In this document: one piece after another, positions 7,314-16,176 of the stretch | Layout of the letters: every line of letters begins with the position of its first letter | How positions within the stretch are numbered: the stretch's first letter is position 1 | NCBI GenBank assembly: GCA_963807335.1 | Contig: CAWEBT010000009.1 | Location: 40,398 to 104,397 of the forward strand | Length of the DNA: 64,000 nt | Source: an uncultured Actinomycetota bacterium | Lineage (GTDB): Bacteria; Actinomycetota; Actinomycetes; Propionibacteriales; Nocardioidaceae | Reading direction: 5' to 3' | Program-made: the position numbers and the translations under genes | The notes under the pieces: generated by a model | Told to the model about the DNA's origin: nothing | The model's database searches: none | What the model saw: only the letters and a program-made list of their open reading frames with translations

Positions 7314-7643
7314 ATGAATGCTTTCGCCCCCATCGCCGATCTGTTGCGCTCGCTACCCAGCCCTGTCCGAAGGACCTTCTACACGCTCTTGACGGCCGTG
7401 GGTGCCGTGCTCGCGGCGTTGAAGGGCTTCGGCGTCACCGACCTCGGCCCAATCACGCTGAACCAGGCACTGGCGGCATACACGTATGCGTCGTCGGCTA
7501 TCGGCCTGGTGGCCGTCTCCAACGTCAAGCGGCCCGACGACGAGGGCGCGTCGTACGTCGACTACTACGAAGACGATGTGGACCTGTCGGACTTCGAACC
7601 GGTCGGCGACGGTGAGGACGTCTACGGTCAAGCAGCGTGGTGA
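7314..7643 (+). CDS. Holin-like small membrane protein (two predicted TM helices, strongly acidic C-terminal tail)
   Basis: Starts 3 nt after the muramidase stop (gaggtaagcc ATG). TM candidates TFYTLLTAVGAVLAALKGFGV and ALAAYTYASSAIGLVAVSNV. Tail DDEGASYVDYYEDDVDLSDFEPVGDGEDVY. Holin assignment rests on position and topology only. Confidence 0.55.
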   Translation: MNAFAPIADLLRSLPSPVRRTFYTLLTAVGAVLAALKGFGVTDLGPITLNQALAAYTYASSAIGLVAVSNVKRPDDEGASYVDYYEDDVDLSDFEPVGDGEDVYGQAAW

Positions 7644-7852
7644 GTCGGAACTGTGACGACCGCGCCTGAACGAGTGTGTTGATGAGCCGCCAGGTCGAGG
7701 ATGTGCAACGCGCTCGGATCGGTGCTGCCTGACCGGGCATGGCGGTCCCTGCCACGCCCCGAACGGCCAGTTCTTCGCGAGCAGCCACCTCCCGGTCGGG
7801 TGGCTTGTCGACCAGATCTTGGATGCTCGAGCTGGCGGTCAGTCGTCGCGGG

Positions 7853-8869
7853 TCACGGGACCGGCCGACTGCGGGTCGACGACAGCACCGAGGCGGGTGG
7901 CTCGGTGAGCACGCGCAGCGCGAGATCGGTCGTGGCCGTCACGCCGAGGTGGCCCACCACCCGAGCGACCCGGTCCGGGTCGAGGGGGAGCAGGCCCGGG
8001 GTGCCCGGGATCTCGGGGGTCAGCCCCAGGTCGAGGTCGCTGCGCCCGGACATGATCGAGATGTTGAACTCGAAGCGTTCCCGGGCGGCGGGATCCGCCA
8101 GCCGCTTCAGCAGGCCGGCGCCGATCCGCCGCGCCCCGACCTCCTCGCAGTAGGAGTCGAGCGTGGCGACCAGGGTGGCCCCGGCGCAGTGGTCGATGTC
8201 GGCCCACACCGCCTGCATGGAGCCCATCTGGGAGAGCAGCACGGGCGCGGTCTTCTCGCCGATCCCGGGTACGCCGGGCAGGTTGTCGCTGCCGTCACCG
8301 CGCAGCGCGGCGTACTCGAGGTAGTGCTCGGCAGCGATGCCGTAGAGGATCTGGAGCCGAGCCGGGTTGAGCAGCGGTGAGGCGTTGACGCCGCCGTTGA
8401 TCAGTCGGAGCACCCGGGTCCGCTCGCTGATGTGAGCGAACGAGTCCCGGTCCGAGGTGACGATCACGCAGTCCCACCCGCGGCTCTCCGCCCACGTCGC
8501 CGCGGAGGCGCTGACGTCGTCGGCCTCCAGGCCCGCTGGGGTGACGGTCCGCAGCCCGAGCGCGTCGAGCAGGGCACCAGCACGCTCCAGCTGGTCGACC
8601 AGCGCGGCGTCCTTGGCGGCGCGACCAGCCTTGTAGGCCGGGTAGGCATCGGCACGCACGGACGCGGTGCGGTCGTCGAGCCCGAAGAGCACGGCGTCCG
8701 GCGCGAACTGGTCGATCACCTCGAGGATCTGTCGCAGCATCCCGTGCAGCGCCCAGGCCGGGCGTCCGCCCGCGTCCAGCAGTCCGGTGGCGACGCGCGC
8801 GTGGTGGTTGCGGTGCAGCAGTGACGGCGCGTCGACCGCGAGCAGGAGGGGGGAGTCAGGAGTTGGCAT
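7853..8869 (-). CDS. 5'-3' exonuclease / flap endonuclease (PIN-like + H3TH)
   Basis: LLLAVDAPSLLHRNHH..., AYPAYKAGR, GLEADDV, VTSDRDSF, LRGDGSDNLPGVPGIGEKTA motifs typical of the Pol I-type 5' nuclease family. Confidence 0.85.
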   Translation of the reverse strand: MPTPDSPLLLAVDAPSLLHRNHHARVATGLLDAGGRPAWALHGMLRQILEVIDQFAPDAVLFGLDDRTASVRADAYPAYKAGRAAKDAALVDQLERAGALLDALGLRTVTPAGLEADDVSASAATWAESRGWDCVIVTSDRDSFAHISERTRVLRLINGGVNASPLLNPARLQILYGIAAEHYLEYAALRGDGSDNLPGVPGIGEKTAPVLLSQMGSMQAVWADIDHCAGATLVATLDSYCEEVGARRIGAGLLKRLADPAARERFEFNISIMSGRSDLDLGLTPEIPGTPGLLPLDPDRVARVVGHLGVTATTDLALRVLTEPPASVLSSTRSRPVP

Positions 8870-8929
8870 GGGCAGGCTCAGCCTACGGACAGGTGTGGGG
8901 GAGGTGACCGGCGTGTCAGCGCGGAGGCG

Positions 8930-10057
8930 TCAGGCGCCGTCCGGCGAGATGCAGTGCACCTGCAGGCCTGCCCTCACGGTTGCCGGAGCTTCCCAGCGGG
9001 TCACGTAGTGGTCGAGGAAGATCTGCCCGACCAGCTCGCCACGGCTCCGCACGCCGGTCTTGTCGAAGATCGACTTCAGATGGTCCTGGACGGTGTACGC
9101 CGAGAGGGACAACGCGCGGGCGATCTCCTTGGTGACCCGGCCCTGAACGCACTGCATGGCCACCTGACTCTCACGCGCGGTCAGGCCGTAGGACAACGCG
9201 ATCACCGGCGCAACGTCCTGCGGCGTGGCGGGATGGATGATGACAGCTGTCCGTCCGTCGGAGTCTCCGCTCAACCGCGTGCCGTAGAGCAGCAGCCAGG
9301 TGCCGGACCGGGTGCGCACCCGCGCCCGCGCAGCCAGTTCGAGGGGGTCGGTCCCAGGTGCGATGGTGCGGGCCCGGGCCGCGACTGCCTGCACGATCTT
9401 CGACTCGGTCGGGGTGCTCGGCGGCGGGTCCTCCATCAGCTCGCTGACCCAGCGCTCAGCGGCGGGCGAGATCGACTCCGGCTCCCCGTTGACGTCGAAC
9501 ACGACGACGCCCGGGCCGTGGTCGACCGGGCCCGGGTCGTACAACGACCCGGGCGGCGCCAGGAGGGTATGACGAAGACCGGCGCCGATCACTGGCGCGA
9601 GCTCGACCAGGCTGCGCACGTCTGCCGCGGTGAACCATGGTTGGTCCTCGTGGCGGAGGAACGCCGCGGCTCCCCAGTAGATCCCGTCCACGACGAGGGA
9701 GACCCGCAGCTCGTCGCCGAATCCCGCCGCCTCATGGGTTCCGTGCCGCGTCGAGCGAGCCAGGTCACCATGGGTGTCGATGCTGCTCGCACCCGCGAGG
9801 CGGCCGCTGTGGGCCAGGTACGACCACTTGTTGACGTCTTCGACGACGTACTCGTGGTGCGCGAGCCAGGAGCCGGAACAGCCGACGTTCCGGTTGACGC
9901 TCCCGGTGAACAGGATCGTCCCCGGATCGACGGTGTGCCAGCAGTAACCATCGAAGGGCATGACGGTCGCCAGCGCGTCCGCGACGGCGACCCCGTAGTC
10001 GACCCAGGTGCGTTCGCTCGCGCCCAGCCGCTCGATGTCATCGACGACCCGAGGCAT
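8930..10057 (-). CDS. LuxR-family transcriptional regulator with an N-terminal sensor-like domain
   Basis: C-terminal LTARESQVAMQCVQGRVTKEIARALSLSAYTVQDHLKSIFDKTGVRSRGELV (GerE/LuxR HTH). Start placed at ATG 10057 (MPRVVDDIERL), because the longer track ORF runs into the divergent promoter. Confidence 0.8.
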   Translation of the reverse strand: MPRVVDDIERLGASERTWVDYGVAVADALATVMPFDGYCWHTVDPGTILFTGSVNRNVGCSGSWLAHHEYVVEDVNKWSYLAHSGRLAGASSIDTHGDLARSTRHGTHEAAGFGDELRVSLVVDGIYWGAAAFLRHEDQPWFTAADVRSLVELAPVIGAGLRHTLLAPPGSLYDPGPVDHGPGVVVFDVNGEPESISPAAERWVSELMEDPPPSTPTESKIVQAVAARARTIAPGTDPLELAARARVRTRSGTWLLLYGTRLSGDSDGRTAVIIHPATPQDVAPVIALSYGLTARESQVAMQCVQGRVTKEIARALSLSAYTVQDHLKSIFDKTGVRSRGELVGQIFLDHYVTRWEAPATVRAGLQVHCISPDGA

Positions 10058-10159
10058 CAGCGTTCCGGTCACCTTTCGAGGGTACGGCGGCCGCATGCGG
10101 CGAGGTACCCCCTGAATCGTGGGATGGCGACTCGCGTCTCCGCTCCGCACGCTGAACAC

Positions 10160-11173
10160 ATGACCACCACACACGAGGCTCCGATCAACGCTCTGGTGAC
10201 ACCCGAGCGCATCTTCGAGATGGCGCAGGGATTCATGACCAGCAAGCACCTGTTCGCGGCGAGCGAGCTCGGTCTCTTCGAGGCTCTCGGTGAGGGACCG
10301 GCGGACCTCGACAGCCTCGCTGCCCGCACCGGCCTGACCTGTCGTTCGGCCCGCATCAGTGCAGACGCGATGGTCGCGATCGGCCTTCTGGAGAGGAACG
10401 GCGACCACTACTCGAACAGTGCCGTGGCCGCCACCTTCCTGTCCGGTCGAACCCCGGCCGACCTTCGACCTCTCCTCACGTTCTGGGATCGGCTGAGCTA
10501 TCCCGCATGGCTCGACCTCGCCGGCGCGCTCGGCCGCGGACGGCCGGCACGCGAGATCTTCGAGATCGACGACGAGATGGTGCCGATCATGTCCAACGGC
10601 ATCGCGGCCGCCACCGCGGCCGCCTGCCGTGCACTTCCGCGCGCAGCATCACTTCCCAGGGCGAGCCGGGTGCTGGACATCGGGGGCGGCACCGGCTCAT
10701 GGTCACTCTCGCTCGCGGCCGCCGACTCCGAACTCACGGCGACGGTGTTCGAGATCCCCGAGGTCGCCGCCGTCGCCCGGGACACGTTGCGCGCAGGTGG
10801 CTTCGCCGACCGCGTCGATGTCCGTGAAGGAGACGTCCTGGTCGACGACGTGCCCCACGGCTACAACGCCTTCCTGCTCGCCAACCTCGTGCACTACTTC
10901 ACCCCGGACACCAACCTCTCGATCCTGCAGCGGATCAGGGCAGCGGCAGAGCCGGGCTCCCGAGTCCTCATCGCCGACTTCTGGACCGACGCGACGCACA
11001 CCCAGCCGCTGGCCGCAGCGCTCATGGCCGGCGAGTTCGCCATCCACCTCAACGACGGCGACGTCTACAGCGTCGACGAGGGCAGCGCCTGGCTCGCTGC
11101 CGCCGGGTGGAAGACGACCGGCCACGTGCCGCTCGCCGGACCGATCAGCCTCGTCAGCGCCGAGGCGGTGTGA
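10160..11173 (+). CDS. Class I SAM-dependent O-methyltransferase (family 2 type with N-terminal dimerisation/wHTH domain)
   Basis: MTTTHEAP... start within the 739-aa track ORF. VLDIGGGTGSWSL SAM motif. Architecture typical of small-molecule OMTs. Confidence 0.85.
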   Translation: MTTTHEAPINALVTPERIFEMAQGFMTSKHLFAASELGLFEALGEGPADLDSLAARTGLTCRSARISADAMVAIGLLERNGDHYSNSAVAATFLSGRTPADLRPLLTFWDRLSYPAWLDLAGALGRGRPAREIFEIDDEMVPIMSNGIAAATAAACRALPRAASLPRASRVLDIGGGTGSWSLSLAAADSELTATVFEIPEVAAVARDTLRAGGFADRVDVREGDVLVDDVPHGYNAFLLANLVHYFTPDTNLSILQRIRAAAEPGSRVLIADFWTDATHTQPLAAALMAGEFAIHLNDGDVYSVDEGSAWLAAAGWKTTGHVPLAGPISLVSAEAV

Positions 11174-11500
11174 CCGCTGCCCCACGCGGAGCCGCACCGG
11201 CCACGACCCAGCTGTGAAGCCTCGATCCGCTCGCCGCACGCGACAGGCGGCGCGGCGCCTCGCGCCCTGCAACACCGCAAGCAGCGGTTGTAGCACTCAC
11301 CGCCGACGTCGTACTGATGCGAGCTCTTCGGCCGGGAACCGCAGTGCTTGCGGACGGTCGCCTCGGTGGAGCAGCTGGCAATCGCCGTGCGTTCCTGGAG
11401 AAGACTCGCTGTGCTGTGCGCGTCGAGGGTGGAGCCGATCAGTGGTGATGATGCCGACGACTGTTGCTTATCACCGTAAAGCAGCCTTATAGTAGTAAGC

Positions 11501-12610
11501 ATGAGCCTCACGGACCGGGAGCAGCAGATCGTCGCCCTGCTGCGGCGCGACCCGTTGATCGGTTCGGCGGCGATCGCCGAGCAGCTGGGGATGACCAGGG
11601 CGGCCGTCAACGTGCACCTGTCCAACCTGGGCAAGAAGGGCGTCATCCTCGGTCGTGGCTACCTGCTGGGCGAGCAGCCGGGCGTGGTGGTCGTCGGTGG
11701 AGCCAACATCGATGTGAAGGCCCGCAGCGCGGCGCCCGCCTCCCGGCGCACCAGCAACCCTGGCCACGGCTCGATGTCACCGGGCGGCGTGGGCCGCAAC
11801 ATCGCGGAGAACCTGGCCCGGCTGGGGACGCGCACCCACCTGATCGCCGCTCTCGGGCGCGACGCCCTCGGTGACAGCCTGCTGGCCCAGACGGCTGCGG
11901 CCGGCGTCCGACTGGAGTTCATCCAGCGCTCCGAGCACCCAACCGGGACCTACACCGCGATCCTGGACTCCGACGGAGAGCTGATCGTGGCCGTGGCCGA
12001 CATGACCGCGACCGACAACCTCGGGCCGGACCACCTCAGCCAGGCACGCGACATCATCGCGACCGCGGGGCTGCTCGTCCTCGACGGCAACCTCGCGCCC
12101 GCGACGCTCGAGCACGCGCGCGATCTCGCCGACGCAGCACAGGTCCGGACGATCCTCGAGCCGGTCAGCGTGCCCAAGGCGAAAGTCCTCGGCGCGGCCA
12201 TCACGGCGGACCGGCCGCTGTACGCCGTGACGCCCAACCGGGAGGAGCTCGCCGCCCTGACGGGCCTTCCCACCCGCACGGATCGGCAGCTTCGCCTGGC
12301 CGCCGACAGCCTGCACCGGCAAGGCGTCCAGCACGTCTGGGTCCGGCTCGGCATGGCCGGTTCACTCCTCAGCAGCACCTCAACCGAGGCCAGCTTCATC
12401 CCGGCCGTCCCGACCACTGTCGAGGACGTGACCGGAGCAGGCGACTCCATGCTGGCGGCCTTCTGCCACGCCCTGCTGGAGGGCCAGGAAACGCTCGATG
12501 CCGCGAGGTACGGCCACGCCGCCGCAGCCCTGACCATCGCCAGCCCGCACACGGTTCGTCCCGACCTCACGCCGCGGCTGGTCCGCGCCGCACTCACCCC
12601 GATCAGCTAG
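11501..12610 (+). CDS. psuK: Pseudouridine kinase (PfkB family) with an N-terminal HTH domain
   Basis: N-terminal LTDREQQIVALLRRDPLIGSAAIAEQLGMTRAAVNVHLSNLGKKGVI. PfkB motifs GGANIDV, GGVGRNIA, DVTGAGDS. Followed by psuG. Confidence 0.8.
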   Translation: MSLTDREQQIVALLRRDPLIGSAAIAEQLGMTRAAVNVHLSNLGKKGVILGRGYLLGEQPGVVVVGGANIDVKARSAAPASRRTSNPGHGSMSPGGVGRNIAENLARLGTRTHLIAALGRDALGDSLLAQTAAAGVRLEFIQRSEHPTGTYTAILDSDGELIVAVADMTATDNLGPDHLSQARDIIATAGLLVLDGNLAPATLEHARDLADAAQVRTILEPVSVPKAKVLGAAITADRPLYAVTPNREELAALTGLPTRTDRQLRLAADSLHRQGVQHVWVRLGMAGSLLSSTSTEASFIPAVPTTVEDVTGAGDSMLAAFCHALLEGQETLDAARYGHAAAALTIASPHTVRPDLTPRLVRAALTPIS

Positions 12611-12621
12611 GAGCCACCGCC

Positions 12622-13554
12622 ATGACCACACCCCACCCCTCCCTCGTACTCACCGACGAGGTGGCGCAGGCGCTGAGCGACGGCACTCCGGTCGTCGCAC
12701 TGGAGAGCACCATCATCAGCCACGGGATGCCCTACCCGCAGAACGTCGAGATGGCCACCGAGGTCGAGCGCATCATCCGTGAGGGCGGTGCCGTGCCGGC
12801 GACCATCGCCGTGCTCGACGGACGGCCCCGGATCGGCCTGGACGGCGAGGGGCTCGAGCTGCTCGCGACGAGTCCCGACGTCGCCAAGGTCAGCGTCCGC
12901 GACCTCCCCTACGTCATCGCTCGGGGCAGCCACGGCGCCACCACCGTGGCCGCCACCATGCGGCTGGCGTCACTGGCCGGCATCAGCGTCTTCGTCACCG
13001 GCGGCCTGGGTGGAGTCCACCGCGGTGCGCAGCAGACCTTCGACACCAGCGCCGACCTGACCGAGCTCTCGACGACCAACGTCGCGGTCGTGTCAGCCGG
13101 CGTGAAGAGCATCCTGGACATCGGACTCACCCTCGAGACCCTCGAGACCCTGGGAGTACCCGTCCTCGCCTATCAGACCGACGAGTTCCCCGCCTTCTTC
13201 TCCCGATCCAGCGGACACGACGCGCCACTGCGAGCCGACAGCGCCCGCGAGATCGCGGACGTGATGGCCGCCAAGTGGAACCTGGACATGGCCGGTGGGA
13301 TCGCCGTGGTCAACCCGATCCCGAGCGACGACGAGATCCCCGCCAACGACATCAACGGCATCATCGACCGGGCCATCGCCGACATGGAGGCCGCTGGCAT
13401 CCACGGCAAGGAGGCCACGCCGTACCTCCTCGGCCGCATCGTGGAGATCACCGGCGGGGCGAGCCTGACCGCCAACATCGCCCTGGTCAACAACAACGCG
13501 CGCCTCGGCGCCCAGATCGCCAGGGAGTACGCCGCCCTGACCGGCACGCGCTGA
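12622..13554 (+). CDS. psuG: Pseudouridine-5'-phosphate glycosidase
   Basis: ALESTIISHGMPYPQN, FVTGGLGGVHRG, AVVSAGVKSILD: characteristic IndA/PsuG signatures. Confidence 0.9.
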   Translation: MTTPHPSLVLTDEVAQALSDGTPVVALESTIISHGMPYPQNVEMATEVERIIREGGAVPATIAVLDGRPRIGLDGEGLELLATSPDVAKVSVRDLPYVIARGSHGATTVAATMRLASLAGISVFVTGGLGGVHRGAQQTFDTSADLTELSTTNVAVVSAGVKSILDIGLTLETLETLGVPVLAYQTDEFPAFFSRSSGHDAPLRADSAREIADVMAAKWNLDMAGGIAVVNPIPSDDEIPANDINGIIDRAIADMEAAGIHGKEATPYLLGRIVEITGGASLTANIALVNNNARLGAQIAREYAALTGTR

Positions 13555-13618
13555 CCGCTGACCCGCTGTCCTGCCGAGCACGGGACGGTTGCGGCACGCC
13601 GCAGGGGTGAGTCCCGGT

Positions 13619-14191
13619 CTATGGCACTGGGAAGTCTTGGGGGGCCCCCTCGCCGGTGGAGCCGTCGACGGCTTGGCGCAGGAGGTCGGCGTGGCCGGTG
13701 TGGCGGGCGTACTCCTCGATCATGTCGGCCAGCAACCTACGCAGGCTCATCCCGTCGTGGGTCGGCTGGTCGAGCTCGCCGTTCGTGAGCGCCTCGGCGA
13801 GCGAGGCCCTGGAGCGGTGCACCGTGTCGACCCACAGTGCGCGCAGGGCCGGCGGGGTGTCGTCGGTCGCGGTGCGCCATGGCCAGTCCTCCCAGTCGGT
13901 CTCGAGGTCGAGCCCGTCGAACGGCGCACTGACCGCCCGGCCGGCCAGGCGGTGCTGGAAGTAGAGCTCCTCGACCCAGGCCAGGTGCTTGAGCAGGCCA
14001 CCCAACGTCACCGACGAGGGAGCGAGTCGCAGGGCCATGCCTTCGGAGTCGACGTCGGCGCACTTCCAGGCGAACGTGAGCCGGTTCCGCTCCAGGGTGA
14101 TCAGGGCGGTGTCGACCTCGTCACCGCGCAGGAACCGTTCGACGTCCCAGTCCGGAGGTCTGCCTGCGGTGAAGCCCGGGGGAGTCCTCAC
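13619..14191 (-). CDS. DinB-like / DUF664 (mycothiol-transferase-type) protein
   Basis: ERNRLTFAWKCADV..., LGGLLKHLAWVEE, IEEYARHTGHADLLRQ: typical of the DinB_2/DUF664 four-helix family. Confidence 0.8.
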   Translation of the reverse strand: MRTPPGFTAGRPPDWDVERFLRGDEVDTALITLERNRLTFAWKCADVDSEGMALRLAPSSVTLGGLLKHLAWVEELYFQHRLAGRAVSAPFDGLDLETDWEDWPWRTATDDTPPALRALWVDTVHRSRASLAEALTNGELDQPTHDGMSLRRLLADMIEEYARHTGHADLLRQAVDGSTGEGAPQDFPVP

Positions 14192-14349
14192 GACACACCA
14201 CCCGGGAGGGCGGACGGCGCTGCCTCAGGCGGGCGCGGACCGTGGATGACCAGAGTGCGGGAGCGTGCGGCAACCATGCCTGGCATCGTAGGCGCGGTTC
14301 CGGACGAAGCCCGTCCGCACAGCGTCGTCACGATGCTGTCATCACGAGG

Positions 14350-14892
14350 CTAGGGGGACACCCCGGCCGCAGGGATCACGCCGAACACGAGCTGGGTCTC
14401 GGTGTGCCGTACGACGGGGTGCACCGTCACGTGCTCGAGGACCAGGTCGCGCAGCGCCTGGGAGGACTCCACCGCGACATGCAGCAGGTAGTCGTCCTCT
14501 CCGGCCACGTGGAAGATCGTCAGGACACCCGGGATCGCCGAGAGGGTGGCGTGGAAGCGATTGACCTCGTCCCGGTTGTGGGTGCCGAGACGCACCTTGA
14601 CCACCGCCTGCATCGGAAGCCCCAGCGCGCCGAGGTCGATCTCCGCGTGGAACCCCTTGATCACCCCGGAGTCGCGCAGCGCCCGGACCCGGTGGATGCA
14701 GGTCGACTCCGCGATCCCTGTGCGCGAGGCGAGGGCGGCGTTGGTGAGCCGCCCGTTGTCCAGCAGCTCGGAGAGGATCCGGCGGTCGGTGTCGTCGAGG
14801 GTCCGCGACGAACCGGGTGGCGACTTCTTCGGCTTGGCGATCTTCGGCACGGTTCGGTCTCCATGAAATTGCGAAAAGTGAGCTTCCGTCAT
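14350..14892 (-). CDS. Lrp/AsnC-family transcriptional regulator
   Basis: LDDTDRRILSELLDNGRLTNAALASRTGIAESTCIHRVRALRDSGVI, then an AsnC-type ligand domain. Start at ATG 14892; the 364-aa track ORF is an over-extension. Confidence 0.85.
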   Translation of the reverse strand: MTEAHFSQFHGDRTVPKIAKPKKSPPGSSRTLDDTDRRILSELLDNGRLTNAALASRTGIAESTCIHRVRALRDSGVIKGFHAEIDLGALGLPMQAVVKVRLGTHNRDEVNRFHATLSAIPGVLTIFHVAGEDDYLLHVAVESSQALRDLVLEHVTVHPVVRHTETQLVFGVIPAAGVSP

Positions 14893-14945
14893 CGAGTTCT
14901 TCAACGGAACTTCTCCATCATCGCAGAAAATAGGATCCTGCGGCC

Positions 14946-16124
14946 ATGGATCCCGACCTGCTTGCCCTCGACTCGCTCGCCGTCCACGCCGGTCGCGACG
15001 ACCTCGCTGAGCTGGGCGTGCACGCGCTCCCGCTCGACCTGTCGTCCACGAGCCCGCTGCCGGACCTCGATCACGGCGGCGCGTCGTACGAGGCGATGGC
15101 GACCGGGGGACACCCCACCGCCGAGGGCGGGAACGTCTACGCCCGGCTGTGGAACCCGACCGTCGCCCGGTTCGAGTCCGCGCTGGCCACGCTGGAGCAG
15201 ACCGCCGAGAGCGTCGCGTTCTCCTCGGGCATGGCCGCGATGAGCGCGACCATCCTCGCGGCGAAGGCCGAGAGTGGCGGCAACCACGTGGTCGCGGTGC
15301 GCCCGCTGTACGGCGGCACCGACCACCTGCTCGCCTCCGGGCTGCTCGGCGTCGAGGTGACGTACTGCGCGCCCGACGAGATCGCCGCCTCCGTGCGTGC
15401 GGACACCTGCCTGGTCGTCCTGGAGACTCCGGCCAACCCGACACTCGAGCTGGTCGACATCCGCGCCGCCGTCGCCGCCGCGGACGGGCGACCGGTGCTC
15501 GTGGACAACACCTTCGCCACCCCGGTGCTGCAGAACCCCGCCCTCGACGGCGCCGCGCTCGTGCTCCACAGTGCGACGAAGTACCTCGGCGGGCACGGCG
15601 ACACCGTCGGTGGCGTGGTGGCCTGCAGCGGCGAGTGGGCAGCCGCCCTCCGCCGGGTGCGCGCGATCACGGGCGCCCTGATGCATCCGCTGGGCGCCTA
15701 CCTGCTGCACCGCGGCCTGAGCACGCTGCCCCTGCGGGTGCGGGCCCAGCAGGAGTCGGCGCAGAAGACCGCCGCCTGGCTGTCCACCCACCCCGCCGTG
15801 GCCCGGGTGTTCTACCCGCAGATCCCGGAGTGCGACCCGCTCGGCCTGGTCGGCCGTCAGATGCGCGGGCCGGGGGCGATGCTCGCGCTGCAGCTCACCG
15901 GCGGCTACGACCACGCTGCCCGGGTCACCAGCAACGTGCGGCTGTTCACGCACGCGGTCTCCCTCGGAGGAGTGGACTCGCTGATCCAGCACCCGGCCGC
16001 CCTGACCCACCGCCCGGTGGCGCCGGACGCTCGGCCGTCCGCCGACATCGTCCGCCTCTCGATCGGCCTAGAAGACGTCGCCGACCTGCACCGCGACCTG
16101 GACCAGGCGCTGGCCTGGAGCTGA
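14946..16124 (+). CDS. Cys/Met-metabolism PLP-dependent enzyme (methionine gamma-lyase / cystathionine gamma-synthase family)
   Basis: YARLWNPTV, AFSSGMAA, LVDNTFATP, HSATKYLGGHGD (PLP lysine), RLSIGLEDVADL. Divergent from the Lrp regulator across an AT-richer spacer. Confidence 0.85.
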   Translation: MDPDLLALDSLAVHAGRDDLAELGVHALPLDLSSTSPLPDLDHGGASYEAMATGGHPTAEGGNVYARLWNPTVARFESALATLEQTAESVAFSSGMAAMSATILAAKAESGGNHVVAVRPLYGGTDHLLASGLLGVEVTYCAPDEIAASVRADTCLVVLETPANPTLELVDIRAAVAAADGRPVLVDNTFATPVLQNPALDGAALVLHSATKYLGGHGDTVGGVVACSGEWAAALRRVRAITGALMHPLGAYLLHRGLSTLPLRVRAQQESAQKTAAWLSTHPAVARVFYPQIPECDPLGLVGRQMRGPGAMLALQLTGGYDHAARVTSNVRLFTHAVSLGGVDSLIQHPAALTHRPVAPDARPSADIVRLSIGLEDVADLHRDLDQALAWS

Positions 16125-16176
16125 GCCAGGTCGGTGTGTCGCCGCCGGTGGTCTCGCCACCCGAGTCCCTTTCGCG

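Noticed and set aside
11174-11500. Cys-rich minus-strand frame (..CSTEATVRKHCGSRPKSSHQYDVGGECYNRCLRCCRA..) with fairly GC-rich third positions (about 82 percent by hand count) in the gap before psuK. I considered a small Cys-rich or RiPP-like gene next to the methyltransferase.
   Set aside because: The only canonical start is an ATG embedded in the psuK start region, followed by AT-rich, non-coding-like codons. The frame has no stop until 11065, so it would overlap the convergent methyltransferase by ~110 nt. There is no recognisable family and no RBS. A blastx/tblastn check would settle it.
14350-15444. 364-aa minus ORF extending the Lrp regulator, and ORFs 14901..16010 (-) and 15149..16201 (+) overlapping the PLP enzyme
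   Set aside because: They are Arg/Pro/Gly-rich shadow frames of the methionine-gamma-lyase-like gene. The Lrp domain begins at ATG 14892.
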